Source of the DNA: Gemmatimonadota bacterium
GTDB taxonomy: Bacteria > Gemmatimonadota > Gemmatimonadetes > JACCXV01
Direction: 5' to 3'
Length of the DNA: 55,743 nt
Assembly: GCA_036556125.1 (NCBI GenBank)
Contig: DATBJZ010000007.1
Span: forward strand, 1 to 55,743
A program made the position numbers and the translations under genes. This document shows, piece after piece, positions 27,721-36,375 of the stretch. The notes beneath the pieces are model-generated. The model made no database searches. It was not told the origin of the DNA and saw only the letters and a program-made list of their open reading frames with translations. Within the stretch, counting starts at the first letter, position 1, and every line of letters starts with the position of its first letter.

Positions 27721-29085
27721 ATGAGCCGCACCGTCGAGACGCCGCCGCCCGCGGCGGCGGAGCCCGCCGTCGCCGCCGGGTTCCTGGAGAAGGTCGCCTC
27801 CCGCGAGGCCCGCGTCGCCGTGGTCGGCCTGGGCTACGTCGGCCTCCCTCTCGCGGTGGAGTTCGCCCGCGCCGGCTTCCCCGTCGTCGGGATCGACGTG
27901 GACGAGGAGAAGGTGGCCGACCTCCGGGCCGGGCGCTCCTACGTCCCCGACGTCCCCGCCGAGACCGCCGCCCGGGTCGCGTCCTCGGAGCCCGCCGCCG
28001 GCCGGCTCTTCGCCACGACGGACTTCGACGGGCTCGCCGCCGCGGACGCGATCTCGATCTGCGTCCCGACGCCCCTCAACAAGGAGAAGTCGCCGGACGT
28101 GAGCTACATCCTCGCGGCGGCCCGCGAGGTGCGCGCCCGGCTCCGTCGGGGTCAGGTCGTCGTGCTGGAGTCCACGACCTACCCGGGCACCACGCAGGAG
28201 CTCCTCCGGCCGATGCTGGAGGAGACGGGGCTGCGCGTGGGCGAGGACGTCCACCTGGCGTTCAGCCCCGAGCGCGTGGATCCCGGCAACGCCCGGTGGG
28301 GGATCCGGAACACGCCCAAGGTGCTCGGGGGCGCGACGCCGGCCTGCCTGCGGGCCGCCGCGGCGCTCTACGAGACCATCCTGGAGCGGCTCGTTCCCGT
28401 GTCCTCGACGTCCACCGCCGAGATGGTGAAGCTGCTCGAGAACACGTTCCGGGCCGTGAACATCGGGCTCGTGAACGAGGTGGCGATCATGTGCGACCGC
28501 CTGGGACTCGACGTGTGGGAGGTGATCGACGCGGCGTCCACGAAGCCGTACGGGTTCATGACGTTCCACCCGGGACCGGGGCTCGGCGGCCACTGCATCC
28601 CGGTGGACCCGCACTACCTGTCGTGGAAGCTCAAGCTCCTGAACTACCACGCCCGCTTCATCGAGCTCGCGGGCCAGGTGAACGCCTCGATGCCGGAGGT
28701 CGTCGTCGAGCGGGTCGCCCGCGCCCTGAACGAGGAGCGCAGGGCCGTGAACGGCTCGCGCATCCTCCTCCTCGGCGTGGCGTACAAGCGCGACGTGACC
28801 GACACGCGCGAGTCGCCCGCCCTCGACATCGTCCAGCTGCTGACCGGCCGCGGCGCCGACGTGCGGTACCACGACCCGCACGTGCCCGAGCTGCGCGTGG
28901 ACGGCTTCGAGGCGCGCAGCGTCGCCCTGACCGCGGGCGAGCTGTCCGCCGCGGATTGCGTGCTGATCGTCACCGATCACGCCGCGGTGGACTACGGCCG
29001 CGTCGTGGACGGCGCGCGGCTCGTCGTGGACTGCCGGAACGCCACGCGCGGCCTCGCCGGCCGCGCCCGCATCGTCCGGCTGTAG
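27721..29085 (+). CDS. Nucleotide-sugar (UDP-glucose/UDP-N-acetyl-hexosamine) 6-dehydrogenase family protein
   Basis: Rossmann VAVVGLGYVGLPLAVEFA. Catalytic Cys context GLGGHCIPVDP. LLGVAYKRDVTDTRESPA. Confidence 0.88.
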   Translation: MSRTVETPPPAAAEPAVAAGFLEKVASREARVAVVGLGYVGLPLAVEFARAGFPVVGIDVDEEKVADLRAGRSYVPDVPAETAARVASSEPAAGRLFATTDFDGLAAADAISICVPTPLNKEKSPDVSYILAAAREVRARLRRGQVVVLESTTYPGTTQELLRPMLEETGLRVGEDVHLAFSPERVDPGNARWGIRNTPKVLGGATPACLRAAAALYETILERLVPVSSTSTAEMVKLLENTFRAVNIGLVNEVAIMCDRLGLDVWEVIDAASTKPYGFMTFHPGPGLGGHCIPVDPHYLSWKLKLLNYHARFIELAGQVNASMPEVVVERVARALNEERRAVNGSRILLLGVAYKRDVTDTRESPALDIVQLLTGRGADVRYHDPHVPELRVDGFEARSVALTAGELSAADCVLIVTDHAAVDYGRVVDGARLVVDCRNATRGLAGRARIVRL

Positions 29086-29102
29086 CGCGCCTCCCGCGGA
29101 GC

Positions 29103-29861
29103 GTGAAGCTCTCGGTCGTCATCCCCGTCTACAACGAGCAGGCCACGATCCGGGAGATCCTCCGCCGCGTCCGCGGCGTGGACCTGCCGAAGCAGATCGT
29201 GGTCGTGGACGACGCCTCCTCCGACGGCACGCGGGAGATCCTCATGGAGCTCGCGGCGGGGGGCCGGCCCGACCCCGCCGCCGGGGACGCCGACCCGCCG
29301 GGCGCCGTGCTCGAGGGCTGCTACGAGCCGGCTGGCGACCTCAAGATCTGCTTCCTGCCCGAGAACCGCGGGAAGGGGGCCGCGATCCGCCACGGCCTCG
29401 CGCAGGCCACGGGCGACGTGATCGTCGTCCAGGACGCGGACCTGGAGTACGACCCCCGCGAGTACGAGCGCCTGCTGCAGCCGATCCGCGACGGGCTGGC
29501 GGACGTCGTGTTCGGCTCACGGTTCCTGGGCGGGCCCCACCGCGTCCTGTTCTTCTGGCACTACGCGGGCAACCGCCTCCTCACGCTGCTCTCGAACATG
29601 ACGACGAACCTGAACCTCACCGACATGGAGACCTGCTTCAAGATGTTCCGGCGCGAGGTCGCCGAGGCGATCGAGCTCGAGGAGGACCGCTTCGGGTTCG
29701 AGCCGGAGTTCACCGCGAAGGTGGCGCGGCGCGCGTGGCGGGTGTACGAGGTCCCCATCTCCTACTCCGGCCGCACGTACGCCGAGGGGAAGAAGATCGG
29801 CTGGAAGGACGGCGTCCGGGCGCTGTGGTGCATCGTGAAGTACGGCGTGTTGCGGCGCTGA
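29103..29861 (+). CDS. Glycosyltransferase family 2
   Basis: KLSVVIPVYNEQATIREIL, VVVDDASSDGT, DXD context VVQDADLEYDP. Start at in-frame GTG 29103; the ORF-track start 28296 overlaps the dehydrogenase. Confidence 0.88.
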   Translation: MKLSVVIPVYNEQATIREILRRVRGVDLPKQIVVVDDASSDGTREILMELAAGGRPDPAAGDADPPGAVLEGCYEPAGDLKICFLPENRGKGAAIRHGLAQATGDVIVVQDADLEYDPREYERLLQPIRDGLADVVFGSRFLGGPHRVLFFWHYAGNRLLTLLSNMTTNLNLTDMETCFKMFRREVAEAIELEEDRFGFEPEFTAKVARRAWRVYEVPISYSGRTYAEGKKIGWKDGVRALWCIVKYGVLRR

Positions 29862-30149
29862 CTCCGGCCTAGCACCTTCCGTCTGCGGCGCACCCCCCGC
29901 TCGTGCGCCGTGTCCGAGCATCGGACGGCTCCACGCGGCTCGGCCCGGGGTTCCGGGCCGGCTCTCTCGTGGAGCGCCGATTGCAGTCCGTGGACTCAGC
30001 CGGTCCAGCCTCGAGACCGGCGCCGTGGCATCCCGTTTCAGCAACGACAGAACGGCGCGCCGCCCCCGCGGCCGCCCCGCGAGGGGCCGCGCGCCGATCG
30101 TGTAATTCTTTCGCGCCGGCCGACGAGCCGTGTGCAAGGGAGGAACAGC

Positions 30150-33038
30150 GTGAGTCAGGCATCCCCGTGGTTCAGACGGATGATCGCGGCGGCGGCCGTG
30201 TCGGCGTCCGCCGCCGCGCTTGCGGTGACGCCTGCCGGCACGCGCGCGGCCGAGCGCCGGACCGGGGGCGCGCCGCGGCCTTCGGCGTCCGCTGCGCATC
30301 GCGCGGCCGGGCACGCCGCGCGCGCGGCGGAGGCACGCCTCCCGCTCGCCTTCGAGCCCGCGGGCGCGTCCGGCGCCGACTTCGTCGCACGCGGCGCGGG
30401 CTACGCCGTGTTCGTGCGCGGCGCGTCCGCGACGCTCGTGCTCCGCGATGACGAAGGACGGACGCGCCGCGTCCGGATCGCCGTCGCGGGCGCCCCGGAG
30501 GACGTCCGGGCGGTGGGCGCGGACCCGCTGCCGGGCCGCGTCCACCGTCTCGTCGGCGCGCCCGCGGAATGGCGCACCGACCTCGTGAGCTTCGCACGGA
30601 TCGTCGTCTCCGGCGTCGCCCCGGGCGTGGACCTGGTCTGGCGCGGCAACGAGGGGCGGCTCGAGTACGATCTGGTGGTCGCCCCCGGCGCCGATCCCGA
30701 GGCGGTCGAGATGGAGGTCCAGCCCGGCGAGGTCGCCCTCGACGGCGACGCTCTGATCCTTCGGACGCGCGGCGTCGAGCTTCGTCAGCCGGCCCCCGTC
30801 ATCGTGCAGACCGGGAGCGACGGCTCGCGCACGCGCGTCGAGGGGCGCTACGAGATTCGTCGTCCCGGCCGCGTCGGCTTCCGCGTGGGGGCGTACGACG
30901 CCGCGCGTCCGCTCGTGATCGACCCGGTGCTCGTCTACTCCGCGTTCGTGGGCGGCAACGGCTTCGACGAGGCCCGCGGCGCCGCGCTGGACCGCGACGG
31001 CAACCTCTACCTCACCGGCGAGACGCTCTCGACGAACTTCCCGCTCGCCGGGCCGTTCGACGGAAACGGGCCCGACGGCTTCAGCGAGTCGTTCGTGGTC
31101 AAGATCGCGCCGTCGGGGACCCAGCGGGTGTACGCGACGTATCTGGGCGGGTCGGCCGACGAGCGGAGCTACACGCTCGACGTGGACCGCGACGGCAACG
31201 TCGTGCTCGGCGGCCATACCGAGTCCCCCGACTTCCCGACGACCGCGGGCGCCCTGAGCCGCACGCTCGCCTCGGCCGACGGGGACGGCTTCGTGACCCG
31301 GCTGAACGCGCAGGGATCCGGGCTGCTCTACTCGACGTACCTGGGCGGCAACGGACTGGACCACGCGATCGGCGTGGACGCGGACTTCGCCGGCTTCATC
31401 TACGTGACCGGCAGCACCGGCTCGACCGACTTCCCGCTCGTGAACCCGGTGCAGTCGCAGCGGCGGGGCGGCGTGGACGCCTACGTGGCGAGGATCGACC
31501 CGTCCCTCCCGGGCGCGGCGCAGCTCGTCTACTCGACCTATCTGGGGGGCGGGTCGCAGGACCGCGGGTGGTCGATCGCGGCGGACGCGCTCGGGCGAGC
31601 CGTCGCGGTCGGCGGAACGGGCTCGAGCAACTTCCCGACGGCGAACGCCCTGGACCCCGTCGGCAACGGCGTGCTCGACGCGTTCGTCGTGCGGCTGAAC
31701 CCCGCGGGCGCGCTCGTCTACTCGACGTTCCTCGGCGGCGACGGGGCCGAGGAGGCGTTCGGCGTCGCGCTCGACGGCGGCGGGAACGCGATCGTCGTCG
31801 GCTACACGGATTCGCAGACCGGCTTCGTGACGGTCAACGCCGTCCAGCCGGTCAAGGGCGCGGGCACCGACGCGTTCGTGGCGAAGCTCGACCCGAGCGG
31901 CGCGTCGCGCCTCTACGCGACGTTCCTGGGAGGCTCCGCGGACGACAGCGGCGACGACGTGGACGTGGACCGCTGCGGCCGCGCCTACGTGACCGGGACC
32001 ACGGCGTCGCCGGACTTCCCCCTGCGGCTCCCGCTCCAGGGCCAGCCGGCCGGCGGCGAGGACGCCTTCGCCAGCGTGCTCCCGCCGGGGGGCGGCCAGC
32101 TCCTGTTCTCGACCTACTTCGGCGGCACGGCGAACGAGCACGGGCAGGGCATCCGCGTGCCCGGTTGCTCGGGCGACGTGTTCCTCGTCGGCACGGTCGA
32201 CAGCCGCAGCTTCCCGCGCACGAGCGGCTCGGTCCAGCGCCGCTTCGGGGGCACGCCCTCCGACGGCTTCGTGGCGCGGATCGGCCTCGATCCCGACGAC
32301 GACGGGCTCACGGACGTCGTCGAGGCGGCCGAGGGCCGGAACCCCGCGGTCAGGGACAATGACGTCTTCGCCCCGGGCGGCGCGGGTCCGCGGCTCTTCG
32401 CGATGCAGCAGTTCCGCGACTGGGTGAACCGCGAGGGGGCGGAGCCGGGCATCCAGTTCGTGGCGAACCAGGCCGCCACGATCGGCCGCGCGCAGGCGAT
32501 CGTGAACTTCTTCGACACCCCCGAATACCAAGGCGAGGTCCTGCCCGCGCTCCGGCTCGTCACCGCCTTCGCGATCGCGACGGGGAACGGGATCCCGGCC
32601 GCCGACGACGTGCTCGACGCGACGGCCGACGCCCAGGCCGGGGCGACGGGGTTCGACCTGGCGCGCTCGTTCGCCGCGCAGCCGGCGTTCGGCAGCGCGT
32701 ACGGCGGGCTCGGCAACCCGGCCTTCGTGCGCCAGGTCTTCCTGGACCTCCTGGGGCGGGAGCCGGCGCAGGCCGGGCTCACGTTCTACACGAACCAGCT
32801 CGACGCCGGTCGTCCGCGCGCCGACGTCTTCGCCGAGGTGGCCCTCACGGGCGAATTCGCGCAGCGCCACGCGGAGCGGGTCTTCGTCCTCGCGGCGTTC
32901 GTCGAGATGCTGGCCCGCTCGCCGGCGCCGGCGGGCCTGGACTTCTGGATCGGCCGGCTGGAGGGCGGGGCACCGCGGGCCGAGCTGGTGCAGGGCATCC
33001 TCGCCTCGAGCGAGTACCGGGCGCGGTTCCTTCCCTGA
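30150..33038 (+). CDS. Secreted beta-propeller (SBBP) repeat protein with C-terminal DUF4214-like domains
   Basis: GTG 30150 has RBS GGGAGG 6 nt upstream. Signal-like WFRRMIAAAAVSASAAALAVTPAG. At least 8 repeats of the type YSTYLGG.G.D.g.g.a.D..G...v.G.T.S.DFP. The C-terminus has FVRQVFLDLLGREPAQAGLTFYTNQL and FVEMLARSPAPAGLDFWIGRL. Confidence 0.8.
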   Translation: MSQASPWFRRMIAAAAVSASAAALAVTPAGTRAAERRTGGAPRPSASAAHRAAGHAARAAEARLPLAFEPAGASGADFVARGAGYAVFVRGASATLVLRDDEGRTRRVRIAVAGAPEDVRAVGADPLPGRVHRLVGAPAEWRTDLVSFARIVVSGVAPGVDLVWRGNEGRLEYDLVVAPGADPEAVEMEVQPGEVALDGDALILRTRGVELRQPAPVIVQTGSDGSRTRVEGRYEIRRPGRVGFRVGAYDAARPLVIDPVLVYSAFVGGNGFDEARGAALDRDGNLYLTGETLSTNFPLAGPFDGNGPDGFSESFVVKIAPSGTQRVYATYLGGSADERSYTLDVDRDGNVVLGGHTESPDFPTTAGALSRTLASADGDGFVTRLNAQGSGLLYSTYLGGNGLDHAIGVDADFAGFIYVTGSTGSTDFPLVNPVQSQRRGGVDAYVARIDPSLPGAAQLVYSTYLGGGSQDRGWSIAADALGRAVAVGGTGSSNFPTANALDPVGNGVLDAFVVRLNPAGALVYSTFLGGDGAEEAFGVALDGGGNAIVVGYTDSQTGFVTVNAVQPVKGAGTDAFVAKLDPSGASRLYATFLGGSADDSGDDVDVDRCGRAYVTGTTASPDFPLRLPLQGQPAGGEDAFASVLPPGGGQLLFSTYFGGTANEHGQGIRVPGCSGDVFLVGTVDSRSFPRTSGSVQRRFGGTPSDGFVARIGLDPDDDGLTDVVEAAEGRNPAVRDNDVFAPGGAGPRLFAMQQFRDWVNREGAEPGIQFVANQAATIGRAQAIVNFFDTPEYQGEVLPALRLVTAFAIATGNGIPAADDVLDATADAQAGATGFDLARSFAAQPAFGSAYGGLGNPAFVRQVFLDLLGREPAQAGLTFYTNQLDAGRPRADVFAEVALTGEFAQRHAERVFVLAAFVEMLARSPAPAGLDFWIGRLEGGAPRAELVQGILASSEYRARFLP

Positions 33039-33150
33039 TCGGGGCCGCGCGGCGGCGGCCGAGCCATCGGCAGCGCGCGCTTGTCGCCCGCGGCGAGCGG
33101 CGCGTAGCTTTCCCGCGGACGCGACGTCTCCGCCGCCCCCGCGCAACGCC

Positions 33151-33178
33151 CGCGGCCGGCCCATCCCGGCCGGCCGCG
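33151..33178 (+). terminator. GC hairpin between the SBBP gene and the next lipoprotein gene
   Basis: CGCGGCCGGCC-(6 nt)-GGCCGGCCGCG: 11-bp perfect stem. No U-tract. Confidence 0.3.
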
Positions 33179-33200
33179 GCGCACCCCCGAGGTCTCCGAG

Positions 33201-34232
33201 ATGCCCAGGTTCCGCCGGCTCCCGCTGGTCGTCCTCCCGCTCGTCCTCGCCGCGTGTGACCAGTTCGAGGACCCCGACCTCGCGCAGATCCAGTTTCTGG
33301 AGCCCGACTCGGGGGCCGTGGGCGCCCTCGTGCAGATCGGCGCCGAGAACCTCTTCAACAACACCCGGGTCCTGTTCGAGGACCGCGTTCCGTCGCGCGT
33401 GGCCGCGCTGTTCATCGACCGCGTGGTCGCGATCGTCCCCGAGGGGGCGGTCTCCGGCGACATCCGGCTCGAGACGGGGGGCGAGCTCAGCAGCTCGCGC
33501 GCGTTCTTCGAGGTGATCCCGGAGCCGCCCACGACGCCCGCGTTCTTCGAGGACGACACGGGGCAGGAGATCACCACGTTCGCCGGGGGGTGCGCGACGG
33601 GAGCCCCGGCGTCGGACGACGGCGCCGCGCAGTTCACCCTGCCGTTCGCGTTCCCGTTCTACGGCCGGCCGCAGGAGCAGATCTTCGTCGCCACCAACGG
33701 GATCGTGACGTTCGGGGAGCCCCGCCCCTGCGACAACAACGGCAACACCTCCGACTTCACGACCGACGACAAGATCGCCGTGCTCGGGTTCGACCTGCAG
33801 CCCGGGATCGGCGGCGAGATCCTGGCGAACGTCACGGACCCCGAGAAGGTGGTCGTCACGTGGAGCGACGTGGCCCTCTGCGGCCTTCCGGAGACGAGCA
33901 ACACGTTCCAGCTCGTGCTGTTTCCGGACGGCCGCATCCGCATGAACTTCGGCTATCTGTCCACCGACGGCGTGGGAATCGCCTGCCCGCTCGGGGCCGC
34001 GGCCACCGGCAGCATCTCGGGAATCACCCCGAGCACGCCGTCGGGGAGCCACGAAGTGACGTATTCTGCCTTGCCGGCCGAAGGGAGCCTCGCCGAGCCG
34101 CAGGAGTTCATCGTCGATCGCTTCTTCGTGGGTCGGCTCTTCGCGATCGAGAACCGCTCCGTCCTCTTCACCCCGCTGCAGGAGGGTGGCGTGTTCGCCG
34201 GGTACCGGGTGGAGCTGCTGCCGGCGGAGTAG
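33201..34232 (+). CDS. Lipoprotein with an IPT/TIG-like domain and a NIDO-like domain
   Basis: Lipobox LVLAAC. IPT-like IQFLEPDSGAVGALVQIGAENL..VAIVPEGAVSGDIRLET. NIDO-like DDGAAQFTLPFAFPFYGRPQEQIFVATNGIVTFG..KIAVLGFDLQP..KVVVTWSDV..SNTFQLVLFPDGRIRMNFGYL. Confidence 0.7.
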   Translation: MPRFRRLPLVVLPLVLAACDQFEDPDLAQIQFLEPDSGAVGALVQIGAENLFNNTRVLFEDRVPSRVAALFIDRVVAIVPEGAVSGDIRLETGGELSSSRAFFEVIPEPPTTPAFFEDDTGQEITTFAGGCATGAPASDDGAAQFTLPFAFPFYGRPQEQIFVATNGIVTFGEPRPCDNNGNTSDFTTDDKIAVLGFDLQPGIGGEILANVTDPEKVVVTWSDVALCGLPETSNTFQLVLFPDGRIRMNFGYLSTDGVGIACPLGAAATGSISGITPSTPSGSHEVTYSALPAEGSLAEPQEFIVDRFFVGRLFAIENRSVLFTPLQEGGVFAGYRVELLPAE

Positions 34233-34276
34233 GGCGGACGCCGGCGCGATACGGCCGCGCGGAAGGAAGGAGGACC

Positions 34277-34963
34277 ATGCGACGTCACGAGCGCCGTTCG
34301 TTCGACGGCCGCGCGTCCGGCGCGACCGACGGCGCGCCGAACCCGTCCCCTGCGGACGAGGCGGCCGGGGGGGAGCCGCGGCGTCCCGACGCCCGGGTCC
34401 TCGAGACGGAGGCGGCCCCGGAGACGGACGCCGCGCCGGAGACGGGGGCGGGGGGGGCCGGCTCGGCGGGCGTGGAGAGCGCCCCGCGGGGCCCGGCCGC
34501 CGCGGTCGAGGCGTCCCGGGACGACGCCGCGGGGCGGGAGCAGCTGCTCCGCCTGGCCGCGGAGTTCGACAACTTCCGCAAGCGCGTGGCGCGGGAGCGC
34601 GCCGAGACGTGGGGCCGGGCGCAGGCCGAGCTGATCGAGAAGCTGCTGCCCGCGCTGGACGACCTGCGGCGCGTCGCCCATCCGCCGGAGGCCGGCCCGA
34701 TCGAGGGCGCCGCGGCGGCCCTGCTCGAGGGCGTCGCGCTCGTGGAGCGCAACGTCCTCTCGGCGCTCGGCCGCGCCGGGCTCGTCGAGGTGCCGGCCGA
34801 GCGCGAGGCCTTCGACCCCGCGCTCCACGAGGCCGTCTTCACGGAGCCCACGGACGATGCCGACCTCGACGGGCGCGTCGCGGGCGTGCTCCAGCCCGGC
34901 TACCGCTTCGGCGACCGCCTGCTCCGCCCCGCGCGGGTGGCGGTGTGGAAGCTGCGGGACTAG
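34277..34963 (+). CDS. grpE: Nucleotide exchange factor GrpE
   Basis: LLRLAAEFDNFRKRVARE, GYRFGDRLLRPARVAV. RBS GGAAGGAGG upstream of ATG 34277. Confidence 0.92.
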   Translation: MRRHERRSFDGRASGATDGAPNPSPADEAAGGEPRRPDARVLETEAAPETDAAPETGAGGAGSAGVESAPRGPAAAVEASRDDAAGREQLLRLAAEFDNFRKRVARERAETWGRAQAELIEKLLPALDDLRRVAHPPEAGPIEGAAAALLEGVALVERNVLSALGRAGLVEVPAEREAFDPALHEAVFTEPTDDADLDGRVAGVLQPGYRFGDRLLRPARVAVWKLRD

Positions 34964-35002
34964 CCGTCCCGCCCCGGGAATCGTCCCGGATCCCCCTCTG
35001 AC

Positions 35003-36097
35003 GTGGCCGCCCCCGACTACTACCGCGAGCTGGGCGTCGCGGACACCGCGAGCGCGGACCAGGTCAAGAAGGCGTACCGCAAGCTCGCCAAGCAGCACCA
35101 TCCCGACGTGAACCCCGGGTCGGCGGAGCGCTTCAAGAGGATCTCCGAGGCCTACGCCGTCCTCGGCAACGACGAGAAGCGGCGGCAGTACGACGAGATG
35201 CGGCGGCTCGGAGCCTTCGCCGGGTTCGGGGGGGACGCGCGCGCGCGAGGGGGCGGCCGCTCCGGCGGCCCCGGCGGCGCGGGAGGCCGCGGGTTCGAGT
35301 TCGACCTGGGCGACCTCGGTCTGGGCGACATCTTCGGCCAGATGTTCGGCGGCCGCCAGCCGCGGCGCGGCCCCGCGCGCGGCGCGGACCGTCTCGTCTC
35401 GCTGACGGTGCCGTTCCGCGCCGCGGTGCTCGGCGACAAGGTGCGGGTGCAGGTGCCGGTCGAGGCCGAGTGCCCGACGTGCAAGGGCTCGGGCGCGGCA
35501 CCGGGCAGCAAGCTCGAGACGTGCAGCGAGTGCGGCGGCAGCGGCACGGTCTCGATGAGCCAGGGCGCCTTCGCGGTGACCCGGCCCTGCCCGCGCTGCG
35601 GCGGGCGCGGAAAGATCCCGTCGAAGCCGTGCCCGCGCTGCGGCGGCGAAGGCACCGCCGAGACGACCCGCACGCTCGAGGTCGCGATCCCGTCCGGCAT
35701 CGAGGACGGCGGCCGCATCCGCCTGCGCGGGCAGGGCGACCGCGGCCCGAACGGCGGCCCGCCCGGCGACCTCCTCGTCGAGGTGACCGTCGAGCCGGAC
35801 CGCTTCTTCAAGCGCCGGGGCCTCGACCTCGTCACGGACGTCCCCATCAACGTGGCGCAGGCGCTGCTCGGCTCCCGCATCCGCGTGCGGACCGTCCGCG
35901 GCCGCAAGGAAGAGGTGGAGATCCCCCCCGGAACGCAGAACGCGACGGAGTTCCGGCTGCGCGGCCACGGGATCGAGAAGGGGCCGCGGCGCGGCGACCA
36001 GGTCGTGCGCGTGAACGTGCAGCTGCCGGGCCGCCTCGACCCCGAGGCCCGGGAGGCGGCTCGCAAGCTCGCCGAGACTCTCGGCCTCAAGCACTGA
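35003..36097 (+). CDS. dnaJ: Molecular chaperone DnaJ
   Basis: J-domain DYYRELGV..KKAYRKLAKQHHPDVNPG. Gly-rich linker. Four CxxCxGxG motifs (CPTCKGSG, CSECGGSG, CPRCGGRG, CPRCGGEG). GTG start. Confidence 0.95.
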   Translation: MAAPDYYRELGVADTASADQVKKAYRKLAKQHHPDVNPGSAERFKRISEAYAVLGNDEKRRQYDEMRRLGAFAGFGGDARARGGGRSGGPGGAGGRGFEFDLGDLGLGDIFGQMFGGRQPRRGPARGADRLVSLTVPFRAAVLGDKVRVQVPVEAECPTCKGSGAAPGSKLETCSECGGSGTVSMSQGAFAVTRPCPRCGGRGKIPSKPCPRCGGEGTAETTRTLEVAIPSGIEDGGRIRLRGQGDRGPNGGPPGDLLVEVTVEPDRFFKRRGLDLVTDVPINVAQALLGSRIRVRTVRGRKEEVEIPPGTQNATEFRLRGHGIEKGPRRGDQVVRVNVQLPGRLDPEAREAARKLAETLGLKH

Positions 36098-36375
36098 TCG
36101 GGCGCGCACCGCGGTCTCCCTCCACGCCCCAGCGGCGCCCGAACCAGACGCTCCCATCGGGGGTACCATCCGGGAACCGTGACCCGCCGGGCGCCGGCCG
36201 ATTTCCGGTCGGCGCCGGAACGCCGGGCGGGGCGCGCGGAGCCGGCGACGCGCGCATCGCGCCGCGGGGGAGTCCGCGCCGCCGGCTCGCGTCGGCGGGG
36301 CCGCAAACTCGCGGTGGCGGGTCGGGTCGCGGACTCTACCTTCGGATCAGCCTCCACTCTCTCCGTCGGACGTCG

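Noticed and set aside
29517-34052. 1511-aa minus-strand ORF, plus similar long antisense ORFs (2976..4643, 4651..6585, 6380..8488, 22968..25490, 24347..27079, 35152..38130, 36624..39341, 51140..54322)
   Set aside because: The translations are Arg/Pro/Gly/Ala-rich with no recognisable motifs. They lie antisense to genes with clear family motifs. Such ORFs are expected from stop-codon depletion in roughly 70% GC DNA.
34233-35002. CIRCE/HrcA operator upstream of grpE or dnaJ
   Set aside because: No TTAGCACTC-N9-GAGTGCTAA-like inverted repeat occurs in the short intergenic regions.
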